Source of the DNA: a bacterium
Lineage (GTDB): Bacteria; Oederibacteriota; PGYV01; Palsa-1178
Assembly: GCA_037138355.1 (NCBI GenBank)
Contig: JBAXIL010000012.1
Span: forward strand, 1 to 42,356
DNA: 42,356 nt
Direction of reading: 5' to 3'
Shown here in pieces: positions 28,076 to 38,113 of this stretch. The position numbers and the translations under genes were made by a program. The notes beneath the pieces were generated by a model that ran no database searches, was not told the origin of the DNA, and worked only from the letters and a program-made list of their open reading frames with translations. Every line of letters starts with the position of its first letter. The stretch's first letter is position 1.

Positions 28076-28624
28076 TTACTTAAATCTGTAATTTAATCCG
28101 CCTGAGGCACTAAACCAACTAATACTATCACTATTATACACCAAATTTTGGAAAGCTGCTCCAGCGCTTGAAATTGATTTTACCCAATCTATTCCTAAAT
28201 TAACACCAAAGCCATTATCAAGCGCTACATCTACGCCTGCACCAATATTGAAACCTATAAGATTCTGTGTGAAATTGCCGTAATAATCAATACCTGCTGT
28301 TAGATAAGGAGCAATGATTGTTGGCATTAAATACGCCGTAAGCCCCATTCCCGCAGTAAAACCAGGTATTGTAGAACCTGCGCCTACTTCAATAGCAAAC
28401 ACAGAATTGAGATTGTATGAATACCCCAATCCTAAAGCTAAAGGTGGTCCAAACTTTATTGAAAGCTGGTTTGGTCTCATATCCCTTGGGGCATAACTTC
28501 TCTCAAAGTTTGTCTGATTTGACGCAATAAGTTTTTCTACTTTATCAGTTACTCCGCCAAATAAAACTACTGATGAACCAAGAGCAAGTGTTAATACAAC
28601 AAAAGCAATTAAAATTTTCTTCAT
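28076..28624 (-). CDS. Small outer-membrane beta-barrel protein
   Basis: Signal peptide; amphipathic strands; PY..AG; C-terminal GGLNYRF. Confidence 0.7.
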   Translation of the reverse strand: MKKILIAFVVLTLALGSSVVLFGGVTDKVEKLIASNQTNFERSYAPRDMRPNQLSIKFGPPLALGLGYSYNLNSVFAIEVGAGSTIPGFTAGMGLTAYLMPTIIAPYLTAGIDYYGNFTQNLIGFNIGAGVDVALDNGFGVNLGIDWVKSISSAGAAFQNLVYNSDSISWFSASGGLNYRFK

Positions 28625-28693
28625 TTAATCCTCCTTTTATTCATTTTATAGAATATACCACACGACTCAAAAAAAGTGAAGTTGATTTTATAC

Positions 28694-29839
28694 TTAATGC
28701 TTCTTTTTCATATTTGTGTTTGTAAGATAAAGATTTTCATGCTGCTTGACCATATACTTAATATCAAAATCCTTTAGAACTGACACTTCAATATTTGTTT
28801 TGGCTTTTTTTTCTGCTACTTTTATCACTGTATCTGCTGCCGAAGAATAATCAAACGGCGAATATAGCGTTCCAGAGGAAGCAAGTTTGATAAACTCCCT
28901 ATTACCACCTATGCCACTGGCAATTGACGGAACGCCTGTTGCCGCTGCCTGTACCAAAGTACAAGGCAGACCTTCCCAGAGAGAAGTTAAAAGGAATACA
29001 TCAATACTTTTTAAAAATAGCTCTGGTTCATTTATCCAACCAACTAATTTAATTTTATTTTCAAGGTTGTATTTAATTACTCTTTTCTGCATTTTTCCCA
29101 TCAGAGGTCCATCGCCAGCAAATAGAAATTGTAATTTCCTGTTTTTTTCAAGTGCAAGCCTTGCTATTTCAATAAAGCCAAAAGGATTTTTTTGTTTTTT
29201 CATATTACCAATCATACCAACTGTAAAAACGCCAACTTTTAAGCCAAACTTTTCAATGTATTTTTTCTTGTCAACTTTAGCATTTTTAAAAGAGGCTACA
29301 TCAATTGCCGCCCTAATCACTTCATACTTTTCTATGTTTCCTACTCCGTTTTTAATACCATATTCAACAATATCCGAACCAACTGCAATAAGTTTTTTTG
29401 TGAAAGTGCCAACAAATTTTTCCAACAATACATAAAATAAATGGACTATTGGGTTTTGATACTCGTGAAATGGGAAACCATGTACTGTGTGAACTATCAC
29501 TGGCTTGTTCTTAGCCGCTATTGCTGCAAGCCGACCTAAGAAACCAGCTTTTGAAGAATGCGTGTGAACAATATCAATCTTATTTTTTTCAAGATATGAA
29601 ATAATCTTCAAATACGCTACCAAATCCGAAACAAGTTTTATGGATGTGCAAAGCTCCTCAATATAAACAAGTTCAATATCTTTTATTTTATTTGCTTCTA
29701 TGTCGAGCCTACCTTCAGGCCCACATAAAAGGTGCACATTAAATTTTTTCTTATCCAACCCTGCAACAAGCTCAAGCACAACTTTCTGCGCTCCGCCTAA
29801 CTCCAGTTTGGTTATTATAATGGCAATATTTTTTTTCAT
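28694..29839 (-). CDS. Family 4 glycosyltransferase
   Basis: GGAQ, DIVHTHSSKAG..GR.AA, HTVHG, S.WEGLP. Confidence 0.92.
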   Translation of the reverse strand: MKKNIAIIITKLELGGAQKVVLELVAGLDKKKFNVHLLCGPEGRLDIEANKIKDIELVYIEELCTSIKLVSDLVAYLKIISYLEKNKIDIVHTHSSKAGFLGRLAAIAAKNKPVIVHTVHGFPFHEYQNPIVHLFYVLLEKFVGTFTKKLIAVGSDIVEYGIKNGVGNIEKYEVIRAAIDVASFKNAKVDKKKYIEKFGLKVGVFTVGMIGNMKKQKNPFGFIEIARLALEKNRKLQFLFAGDGPLMGKMQKRVIKYNLENKIKLVGWINEPELFLKSIDVFLLTSLWEGLPCTLVQAAATGVPSIASGIGGNREFIKLASSGTLYSPFDYSSAADTVIKVAEKKAKTNIEVSVLKDFDIKYMVKQHENLYLTNTNMKKKH

Positions 29840-29851
29840 TTTACCTCGATT

Positions 29852-31126
29852 TTAATTCGCATTTTTCTTAACCTGCTCTGCTATTGCAAAACCTTCAAGA
29901 ATTGCATCTTCCATAGAACTATATTCCCAGTTCCCCCACCTGCCTGCTGTATATACTCCGTAGGTTTCTAATTTTTTCCTAATTTGTGAAACAAGTTCAT
30001 CCCTTTTATTATCATATATCACATAGGCATTTTTTAATATCATAGCATGTTTTACAACTATATCATTTTTACTCTTTATTATACCCATATTTATTAATCC
30101 CTTTATTATCTTTGCATCTATTCCTTTTGGAACTTCAGTATTATATGAAACTTCTGTAAATACTGAGCTAAGACCTTCAGGAGCCGAGGACTTCATTACC
30201 TCTGATGGAAATCCTATTCTATAAAATGGATATTTACTTTCTGGCACATAAACCCAATGCTTATTTATTGGTATTTTTGACTTAAATCCAAGGTTGAGAG
30301 AATACACAGAAACTCCCTTAAGCTTATTTCCAAGAGTTATTAGTTCCCTATCACCTGTTATTTGTGTAAGCTCCTTAAGTGGTAGTGTGGAAATAAGAGA
30401 AGTATATTGTTCCTGTTTCCCGCCTTGTAAAAATACAATTTTTTTTGTCAAATCTATTTTTTTAACTGTGGTATTAAGCCGCACTTTTTCCTGAATTTTA
30501 TTGTATATCCCTTTTATTACACTTTCAATACCACCTTTTTCTGGATAGTAGAAATTCACATTATATCCCATATCTTTCTGAGCCTTAGGCAAAATACCTT
30601 TCATTACTTCATCAATGTCTGGAGATGGAACAAACCTACCCATCCAATTCACAGACAACATATCCAGTGGAAATTTAAAGAGTTTTAAATTATAAGGAAA
30701 CATAAAGTTCTTAGCAATTCCTTCACCTAAAGCAGTTAATACCCATTGTTTGAAATTAACATGTGATACTTTATTAAGTAATTTTGCTTTTAAAAAACCA
30801 GCAACATTTTCCGAACCTATTTTTGCGGGAAGGCCAAAGCTGTTAACTTGATAAGGATAACCAGTATAAACACCATTACTATATATGGAAGCTTTTCTTG
30901 TTATAGCTTTTAATGGGACTTTGCAGTTTGCTAATATGAATTTTTTTGTTTCAGGTTTGCGCAGATGTAAAAAATGTCCCGTATAATCAAAAGTAAAGCC
31001 GGCAACTATATCAGTACGACACAAACCGCCAGGTCTTTCATTTTTTTCAAGTATGAGAAAATCTTTTTTTAATTTATGCCCCGCTGACAAGCCCGCGAAC
31101 CCTGCTCCAATAATTATTGTTTTCAC
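29852..31126 (-). CDS. FAD-dependent enzyme, UDP-galactopyranose-mutase-like
   Basis: GAGFAG; FDYTGH; YPYQ; PYN.K; F.YP..GG; AY; GRWG.WEY..M...I..G. Confidence 0.7.
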   Translation of the reverse strand: MKTIIIGAGFAGLSAGHKLKKDFLILEKNERPGGLCRTDIVAGFTFDYTGHFLHLRKPETKKFILANCKVPLKAITRKASIYSNGVYTGYPYQVNSFGLPAKIGSENVAGFLKAKLLNKVSHVNFKQWVLTALGEGIAKNFMFPYNLKLFKFPLDMLSVNWMGRFVPSPDIDEVMKGILPKAQKDMGYNVNFYYPEKGGIESVIKGIYNKIQEKVRLNTTVKKIDLTKKIVFLQGGKQEQYTSLISTLPLKELTQITGDRELITLGNKLKGVSVYSLNLGFKSKIPINKHWVYVPESKYPFYRIGFPSEVMKSSAPEGLSSVFTEVSYNTEVPKGIDAKIIKGLINMGIIKSKNDIVVKHAMILKNAYVIYDNKRDELVSQIRKKLETYGVYTAGRWGNWEYSSMEDAILEGFAIAEQVKKNAN

Positions 31127-31132
31127 AGCACC

Positions 31133-32161
31133 CTACTTTTTTTTATTATGCACCTTATGATAATCTTTCATATCCACAGCCATTAATAATACAACAAACA
31201 TAAGTGCTGCCACAGTAATAAAAAGATAAAGAACAAGTGCTCCACTCATAGACAAAAGAGTACTAATAACAGCCATAACCGATAGAATTAAAGTTAAAGC
31301 AATCAAAAAAAGTACTGCTTGCTGTTTTGTCAGACCAATCATAACTAATCTCTGTGCGAGATGATCATTAGTACCATATATAGGAAGCACCCCTTTACTA
31401 AACCTTATTACAATGAGCATTAAAGTTTCAAATATAGGAACCCCTAAAATAACAATAGGACTTAAAACTGCAATTATATTATTTCTCGAATAGCTTTCAT
31501 TAAGTGCCAATGCTGCCATCATAAAACCCAAAAATAAAGAACCTGCATCCCCCATATATATTTTGGCTGGGGACCGATTATAAAAAAGAAATGCCACAAG
31601 CGCTCCGAATAACGCTATGGCTGGAATCATGTCATTAATTCTACCTGAAAGAAAAGCTACCACGAAAAATGCTAATGAAGCCACTGCAGTTACACCACCT
31701 GCGAGTCCGTCCATAATATCTATTAAGTTTATCGAATTAGTAACGCCAACAATCCAAATAACTGTAATAAACATATTTAACAAATTACTATCCATAAACT
31801 TTATGTTCATATTAACTCTCAATATAATCATAGCGACTGCAAGCTGAATCACAAGTTTGGTAACTGGCTTTAAATTTTTCACATCATCTATCAAACCCAT
31901 AATCATCATAATGGTCGCTCCTACAAGTATGCCAACCACTCCATATAGTGCCTGATGCATTATGATTTTAGCAGCAATTACTGGTATTGCAAAAGCGAGA
32001 TAGATAGCCACTCCGCCTAAATACGGAACAGGCTTTTTATGTATTTTAAGTTTTGTATTTGGCTTGTCTATGATACCAGCTTTAAAAGCTAATTTCATTG
32101 CAAGAGGAATGAGTAAAAGCCCAAGTAAGAAAGAAGCTATCCCTATCACTGCATACTGCAT
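31133..32161 (-). CDS. wecA: Undecaprenyl-phosphate sugar-1-phosphate transferase (WecA/TagO, MraY family)
   Basis: D.P...K.H..P.P.LGG, GLIDD, N..NLID..DGLA, P.KIYMGDAGS, multiple TM helices. Confidence 0.85.
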   Translation of the reverse strand: MQYAVIGIASFLLGLLLIPLAMKLAFKAGIIDKPNTKLKIHKKPVPYLGGVAIYLAFAIPVIAAKIIMHQALYGVVGILVGATIMMIMGLIDDVKNLKPVTKLVIQLAVAMIILRVNMNIKFMDSNLLNMFITVIWIVGVTNSINLIDIMDGLAGGVTAVASLAFFVVAFLSGRINDMIPAIALFGALVAFLFYNRSPAKIYMGDAGSLFLGFMMAALALNESYSRNNIIAVLSPIVILGVPIFETLMLIVIRFSKGVLPIYGTNDHLAQRLVMIGLTKQQAVLFLIALTLILSVMAVISTLLSMSGALVLYLFITVAALMFVVLLMAVDMKDYHKVHNKKK

Positions 32162-32250
32162 CGAATCACCCTTTTATTCATAGATTTGACAACCATAATC
32201 AATATATAGTTTTTTTAAAATTTGTCCATAATATTCTTAAAGGGCACCTT

Positions 32251-33132
32251 TTATTTGCCGAATTTTTCTGCCCTTATCTTTTCCCATTTTTTCTTTTCAA
32301 TCGACATTTTGTTTTTTTCAAAACATATTATTAATTGGTCATAAGAACTTTTATAATTACTTTTTATTATTATAGCATTTTTAAAACTCTTCTGGGCCTC
32401 CTTATAATTACCCAGATTCATTTGACTAATTCCAAGATTATAATATGCATCTGAATCATTATTATTTATTTTTATGGCCATTTTATATGCCTTTATTGCC
32501 TCTAAATACATTGTTAATTTATTATAAACTACCCCTAAATCATAATATGCCGAAGCATAATTAGGCCTTAAAATTATAGCCCTTTTGTACATTTCTATAG
32601 CTTTTGTGTGCCAACCTTTGTCTGAAAAACAGCTACCAAGTATGCAATAGCCACCCGGGTAATTAGGATTTTGTTTTAAGCCCTCTTTTAGTATCTCTAT
32701 GGCATTGTCTGTGAGCCCCAAATCTCTATATGCCATTGCCTGCGCCCCGTATGCCTCAGCATAATTAGGAGATGAATTTATTGCCTTTTTGCAATAGCCT
32801 ATCGCCTCTTTTAGTTCGCCTTTGTAATAATACGCGAGTCCTATATTGTAATCTATATCTGACATTTTTGGAGAGAGTTTGGACGCTTTCTTATAATATA
32901 TAATTGCTTTATCAAAATTATTTATTTTCCGATAGCATATTCCTAAATCTAAATATAAACCCATGGCTTTTGTTTTTGGTACATTTTTCTCAGCTTGCAA
33001 AAGATATTCCGTTGCTTGCAGATACTGACCTTTATCCATGAGCTGCCTGGCATGTGTTGTGGTTTCCTCATAAGTCGCAAAAACTAATCCAAAAAACAAA
33101 AAAATAAAAACCAGTAATATTTTATTTCGCAT
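32251..33132 (-). CDS. Secreted TPR-repeat protein
   Basis: Signal peptide; repeated Y.(N/D)LG..Y......A...YK.A....P 34-aa units. Confidence 0.88.
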   Translation of the reverse strand: MRNKILLVFIFLFFGLVFATYEETTTHARQLMDKGQYLQATEYLLQAEKNVPKTKAMGLYLDLGICYRKINNFDKAIIYYKKASKLSPKMSDIDYNIGLAYYYKGELKEAIGYCKKAINSSPNYAEAYGAQAMAYRDLGLTDNAIEILKEGLKQNPNYPGGYCILGSCFSDKGWHTKAIEMYKRAIILRPNYASAYYDLGVVYNKLTMYLEAIKAYKMAIKINNNDSDAYYNLGISQMNLGNYKEAQKSFKNAIIIKSNYKSSYDQLIICFEKNKMSIEKKKWEKIRAEKFGK

Positions 33133-33135
33133 TGC

Positions 33136-34233
33136 TTATTTTTCTGCCTTAATTGCCTGACTATCTGTATTTTCATTTGTCTTAGCAGAGGCCTCAGCAG
33201 TATTTGTTTCACCATCTGCCTGTATTTCATCTGAAACGAAATCATCTGACTTTGCACCCATATCTTCAATCCTTTTCTTCATTTCTTTTTTGCGTTTATT
33301 GATAGGAAGCAAATGGTCATATTTTTCCCAGTATTTTACCGCCTTCTCTTTTAGACCTAACTGTTCTGATAATATTGCACAATTGACATAGGCCGCCATA
33401 TCCCAGGGCTCTATGGTGATAGCCGTCTCAAAAGCACTCAGCGATTCCTTAAACCTTTTCATTCTTAAATAAGCTACTCCGAGATTATAATAAGAATTCT
33501 CCAGTGTGATATCATCAGGCGGGTTTGCATCTATAACTTCCTTAAGATACCTCACAGCAGTCACATAATCCTGCTTTAAAATATTTATCGCAGAAAGATT
33601 TTGTTTGGCTTCAAAATCCTTTGGATTTATTCTTAGCACTTCCAAATAATTCTTCTCTGCTTCTGGCAAATTTCTTTCCTGATAATTAATAACACCCAAA
33701 TTAAAATGTCCAATATCAAAATCAGGTTTTACATTCACTATACGCTCATATAAGACCTTGGCTTTATCATAGTTCTGCTCATCTATTAAGACATTTCCCA
33801 AGCTTGCTTGAAGAAGTGGGTTCTTTGGGTCAAGCTTTAAAGCACGATCAAGTATGTTTTTAGCATCTTGTGAACTTCCCTTTTCAGCATACACAACGCT
33901 TAAATTATACATGGCCTTAACATTTCTCGGATCGTGTTTTATTGCACTCTGATAAGCATAAATAGAATAATCAAACTCGTTTAGCTGTGCATAACAGCTT
34001 CCCAGTTGTCCCCAATAGACAGGATTTTTAGGGTCTTTTTTTAATAGCGCTTTCAATTGGCTTATGGTTTCTGTGTAATCAGAACTTTCATAAGCTTTTT
34101 TTGCGGATTTTTCCATTTTTGTCTGCTCATTAACTGTTTTTGGCACATTTACAGTGCGTTCTTTTTTTAGTGTCTGACAAGCAGTAAATAAATACATCAT
34201 CGCTATCAATACAATCCATATTTGTTTTTTCAT
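33136..34233 (-). CDS. TPR-repeat lipoprotein
   Basis: Lipobox FTAC; multiple TPR units; acidic C-terminal tail. Confidence 0.88.
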   Translation of the reverse strand: MKKQIWIVLIAMMYLFTACQTLKKERTVNVPKTVNEQTKMEKSAKKAYESSDYTETISQLKALLKKDPKNPVYWGQLGSCYAQLNEFDYSIYAYQSAIKHDPRNVKAMYNLSVVYAEKGSSQDAKNILDRALKLDPKNPLLQASLGNVLIDEQNYDKAKVLYERIVNVKPDFDIGHFNLGVINYQERNLPEAEKNYLEVLRINPKDFEAKQNLSAINILKQDYVTAVRYLKEVIDANPPDDITLENSYYNLGVAYLRMKRFKESLSAFETAITIEPWDMAAYVNCAILSEQLGLKEKAVKYWEKYDHLLPINKRKKEMKKRIEDMGAKSDDFVSDEIQADGETNTAEASAKTNENTDSQAIKAEK

Positions 34234-35420
34234 TTTTTCCTCTGTGTTTTTTGTTTTGCCACTTCAATAATAACTTTATTGATAATCATTCCACTCTTTT
34301 TCCAATCAAAATACTTCTTAAGTGTTTTTTTCGCATTGAGCGCTATTTTTTTACCAAATACTGGGTCTGACATAAGCTGTTTTATCTTTTGAGCATATTC
34401 ATTTTCATTTTTCGCTATAAGAATATTATAACCATCCTTGCCGTAAACGCCTTTTGCTGCAAATGGAGCTGCCACTACAGGTACCTTGCACGCCCAACTA
34501 TCCATTATTTTATTCTGTCTTCCTGCCCCATAACGCACAGGCACCACACTCATATCCCATGACAATACTTCCTGTTCTACATTCAAAACATTTTTTTTAA
34601 ATTCCACATTGCCACCATTTACGAGCTTGCTAAACCTTTCAGCTCCATTTCCTGCTATTATCAACTTAATATTTTTATCATTTATAAAATATTTCTTCCA
34701 AACTTTATTTATAAAAAATTGTACTGCTTCCTGATTAGGTCCATACGGCATATTACCCATGAAGCCAACAGTAAAAACATTGTTCTTTTTTTTCTTTGAT
34801 GACTTAGTAGCAGTCATGGCTCCGTTTGGTACAGTAATAATATTTTTATTATCAAGATATTGTGCGTCTTCTTCCGAGTTAATAAAAACACTTTGAAAGT
34901 CGTTTGCCACATTGCGTTCATATTTCTCCACTCTACTACTGTCTAAAACATAATATATCTTTTTCAGTATACGCTTTTCAAAAATAACGCTTCTTTTCAT
35001 GAAAAGCGCCAAAGAATCTACATAGTCAATAACCTTTGGAATAGTGTATTCTGCTCCATACTGCGCCATTCTTAAACGATAGACATAAATCAAATCAGGT
35101 GAGTGTTTCTCTACAACTTTTTTTACAAGAATTTTCATTTCGGCATTTTCATAAGACGAAACATTTAATGGCACTTGCGAGAATATACCATTAACAGCGG
35201 CTTTTATGATTTTTTTCTCATCAAGAACTACAGTGCTCACGGTGTCAAAATATTTTTTCAATTCATTTTTTGTATTTACTTCATTTGCCTTACAAAAAGT
35301 TACTAAATGAAGCTCGTGTTTGCCTATACTTTTCAACTCTTTAATAATGTTAAAAATTCTTATTCTATCACCATCTGCTGGGGGATAAGGAAAAACTGGA
35401 GATAAAATGACTATCCTCAC
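34230..35420 (-). CDS. Family 4 glycosyltransferase (resembles sugar transferases of PEP-CTERM/EPS loci)
   Basis: FPYPP..GD.IR, MAQY, D.VDS, F.G.M.Y.PN..A, P.R.GAG.QNK. Confidence 0.85.
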   Translation of the reverse strand: MRIVILSPVFPYPPADGDRIRIFNIIKELKSIGKHELHLVTFCKANEVNTKNELKKYFDTVSTVVLDEKKIIKAAVNGIFSQVPLNVSSYENAEMKILVKKVVEKHSPDLIYVYRLRMAQYGAEYTIPKVIDYVDSLALFMKRSVIFEKRILKKIYYVLDSSRVEKYERNVANDFQSVFINSEEDAQYLDNKNIITVPNGAMTATKSSKKKKNNVFTVGFMGNMPYGPNQEAVQFFINKVWKKYFINDKNIKLIIAGNGAERFSKLVNGGNVEFKKNVLNVEQEVLSWDMSVVPVRYGAGRQNKIMDSWACKVPVVAAPFAAKGVYGKDGYNILIAKNENEYAQKIKQLMSDPVFGKKIALNAKKTLKKYFDWKKSGMIINKVIIEVAKQKTQRKK

Positions 35421-35451
35421 TTTTTCACTCCTTTTAGCACTATTCTATTTT

Positions 35452-37497
35452 TCATTTCTTTTCACCATTTATCACTTTGAGCAACCCTTTTGCCCTATCA
35501 TTGTTAGGAGCTACTTCCAACAGCTTTGCTAAGTTTTGTCTGACCGCTTTAATATTTTTCATTCTGTAATAAGCCACTGCTTTATTATAGTATGCGTCTA
35601 TAAATTTAGGATCTAAAGCTAAAGCGCGATCAGAGTAAATAAGTGTCTGTTGCACATTACCGAGTGCGCCATAACAAGCTGCCAACTGGCTTAAAAGCGA
35701 AGCCGATTCTCCTCTATCTGTTAAGGCCTTTTTGTAAATCTCTACTGCTTCATCAAATTTCCCAGAAGCATATAGAGTATAGCCCTTAACACTCGCCGCC
35801 TTTTCAGAATAAGGTGATATCTTATACATTTTATCTGATATTTCAATTCGTCCTTTTTCATCATTTTTCATTGCATAAAAATTAAATAACGCATTAAGAG
35901 TTTCCCAGTGCGTTGGATTCAAAGCATATACAGCTTTATATGTGTCAAATGATTTCTCGTAATTTCCTGTTTTTTCAAGAATTTGTGCATAATAATATAT
36001 GTTTTCATCATTCCACGGATTTAGCTCTGCCGCAATAGAAGCATTGCTTACTGCCTCATACATTTTACTAAAATGTTCGCTTTCCTTTGCTTTTCTTAAA
36101 TAAGTATCTGCCGCGAGGACTCTTATAGCTAAAACTGATTCAGCAATAAGACAAACCGATAATACAATTATAAATATTACCACAGGAATGTTAAGCTTCA
36201 CCTGTTGTAAAGAATAGTTCCCCTGTTTATAACTGGCTATTGCCGCAAACATATAAAATAATGCAGCCGTTGGGATTATTTGAAATGGGAAATTAAAAAA
36301 AGCGTGTACCATTAGTCCTGCAAAAGCAGCTATTATTCCAGCCACTAATATTCCTTTTTTTTCTGAATACTTTAAATACTTTAAAGAAGAATAAAACATT
36401 AGACCAAATAATAAAAACATTGTCCCTGCCCCTAATATTCCATACTCCGCGGCAAATTGTATAAAATCATTATGTGCATGCCCAGATTTATAATAATCAC
36501 TATCTTTAAAATACTGCGGAGTTAAGGCTTTTGCCTGGTAAAAAGGATATTTGATATAGAAGTTACCAGCACCTGTGCCTAATAAAGGATTATCTTTAAT
36601 CAAATACAAAGTATTTTTCCAAAGATCCACCCTAATGCGAGCCGAATCATCTTTCAATGAAACTATATCTGCAATTCTCTGCACAGCATCTTTTTTTACT
36701 AAAAAAAATGTTCCAATTAAAACAAGCATTATCAAACTTAAGACCATAATCACTTTTTTGTTTTTTCTAAACTCATCCTTTAAAAAAATAACCACAAGAA
36801 GAAATAAAACTATTATAGAAACTATAAATCCTACATAAGCTCCTCGTGTTTGTGAAGCAAATAAAGCAGCGGTCAATAGTGCGGCTGTTACAAAAAGAAG
36901 TCCCTTGCGAACCATGCTACCCTGTTCTGCTGCGAGTGCATAAGCCACAGGTATTAACAAAACCATATGTCCAGCAAGAAAATTAGGGTTACCAAGAGTT
37001 GAAGCTGCCCTACCATTGAAAGTAGTGCGCCAAGGCATAAAATCCATGCCCCCTGCCTGCAAAAGCCCATAAATTGCCATAATTACACCAGAAGCCAAAG
37101 CGCTAAAAATTAACTTATTTAGGTTTTTTGTCCCTCCATCCAGAAGGGACCAACCAACCAAATAATATATAACAATATAAGCTAAGTTAATAAATACTCT
37201 ATCGCTCCAGGCATATACATTTACTCCGGAAAATATACCCAGAAAGTTCAATACAATAAATATAATAAAAGCAATATCGTAAGGTGTCTTTAACAACGGA
37301 AATTGTTTTTTTATAAGGCAATAAGTCAGAAAGATGCAAACCAACATTATCACTGCCACCTTAAAAAAGAACTTCTCCACTACCCAAAACGGATCATTTG
37401 CTTGAGTGAAAAATATTAGTGGCATAAAAAAAATACTTGCCAGCAACATAGTCTCTAAAGCTTTTTTTACTATTTTTTCAATTACAGACAAGTTCAT
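35452..37497 (-). CDS. O-antigen-ligase (Wzy_C)-family membrane protein with C-terminal TPRs
   Basis: STLGNPNFLAG, SQTRG, R..LW, G.G.GNF, HAHNDF.Q, TPR tail. ATG at 37497 preferred: purine-rich RBS, and the predicted promoter leaves no room for an RBS before 37572. Confidence 0.88.
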   Translation of the reverse strand: MNLSVIEKIVKKALETMLLASIFFMPLIFFTQANDPFWVVEKFFFKVAVIMLVCIFLTYCLIKKQFPLLKTPYDIAFIIFIVLNFLGIFSGVNVYAWSDRVFINLAYIVIYYLVGWSLLDGGTKNLNKLIFSALASGVIMAIYGLLQAGGMDFMPWRTTFNGRAASTLGNPNFLAGHMVLLIPVAYALAAEQGSMVRKGLLFVTAALLTAALFASQTRGAYVGFIVSIIVLFLLVVIFLKDEFRKNKKVIMVLSLIMLVLIGTFFLVKKDAVQRIADIVSLKDDSARIRVDLWKNTLYLIKDNPLLGTGAGNFYIKYPFYQAKALTPQYFKDSDYYKSGHAHNDFIQFAAEYGILGAGTMFLLFGLMFYSSLKYLKYSEKKGILVAGIIAAFAGLMVHAFFNFPFQIIPTAALFYMFAAIASYKQGNYSLQQVKLNIPVVIFIIVLSVCLIAESVLAIRVLAADTYLRKAKESEHFSKMYEAVSNASIAAELNPWNDENIYYYAQILEKTGNYEKSFDTYKAVYALNPTHWETLNALFNFYAMKNDEKGRIEISDKMYKISPYSEKAASVKGYTLYASGKFDEAVEIYKKALTDRGESASLLSQLAACYGALGNVQQTLIYSDRALALDPKFIDAYYNKAVAYYRMKNIKAVRQNLAKLLEVAPNNDRAKGLLKVINGEKK

Positions 37498-37584
37498 AAT
37501 CTCTCTTTTCCCTGCCTTATTAGAATTTTCATAATATCTACATAACTCTATTATCAATAAAAGCAACCACATAAAATACTGCTA

Positions 37585-37613
37585 ATTTTATCACTATTAT
37601 ATGGGTTTGTAAA
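37585..37613 (-). promoter_or_regulatory. Probable promoter of the glycosylation cluster
   Basis: Minus strand TTTACA-17 nt-TAAAAT. Confidence 0.55.
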
Positions 37614-37646
37614 TAAGGAGAGAAGGTTTTATTTGAATTTCAATAG

Positions 37647-38096
37647 TTACAACTTTTTCCACATTATAAGCCCACTATCTATCCCATCATATGCTTTTTC
37701 TCTACATGCTTTCAATTCAAAACCTGATTTAACATATAACCTAACTGCTATAAGATTTTTTTCTCTTACTTCTAATGTTAAAGAAACTAATTTGTTTTCT
37801 ATTGCTTCGTTTTCAATGGCTTTTAATAATGCTTGTCCTATGCCCTTACTTCGGTATTTTTCCGATACTGCGATATTTAATATATGAATATAATCTACTA
37901 TCACATTTCCTACCGCATAGCCCAATATAGCACCAGTATCCTCAGCTTCTGCCACAATAAATATATTCATACCAGTTTTCATTTTTTGAAACTCAAAATC
38001 AAAATGTTGTTCACTCCACGGCTTGGGAAAAGCTTTTTTTTCTATTTCGATAATACCATGAAGATCACCTTTAGTAGCATTTCTTATTTTATACAC
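37647..38096 (-). CDS. rimI: Ribosomal-protein-alanine N-acetyltransferase (GNAT)
   Basis: IE...F..PW, HILNIAV...R.KG.G, LEVR..N..A..LY...GF. Confidence 0.88.
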   Translation of the reverse strand: MYKIRNATKGDLHGIIEIEKKAFPKPWSEQHFDFEFQKMKTGMNIFIVAEAEDTGAILGYAVGNVIVDYIHILNIAVSEKYRSKGIGQALLKAIENEAIENKLVSLTLEVREKNLIAVRLYVKSGFELKACREKAYDGIDSGLIMWKKL

Positions 38097-38113
38097 TCGC
38101 GACTCCGATAGTA

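Noticed and set aside
37498..37572. ORF-track N-terminal extension of the ligase-TPR gene (similarly nrnA 12664 and nusA 16672)
   Set aside because: Downstream ATGs fit RBS position, gene overlaps and predicted promoters better.
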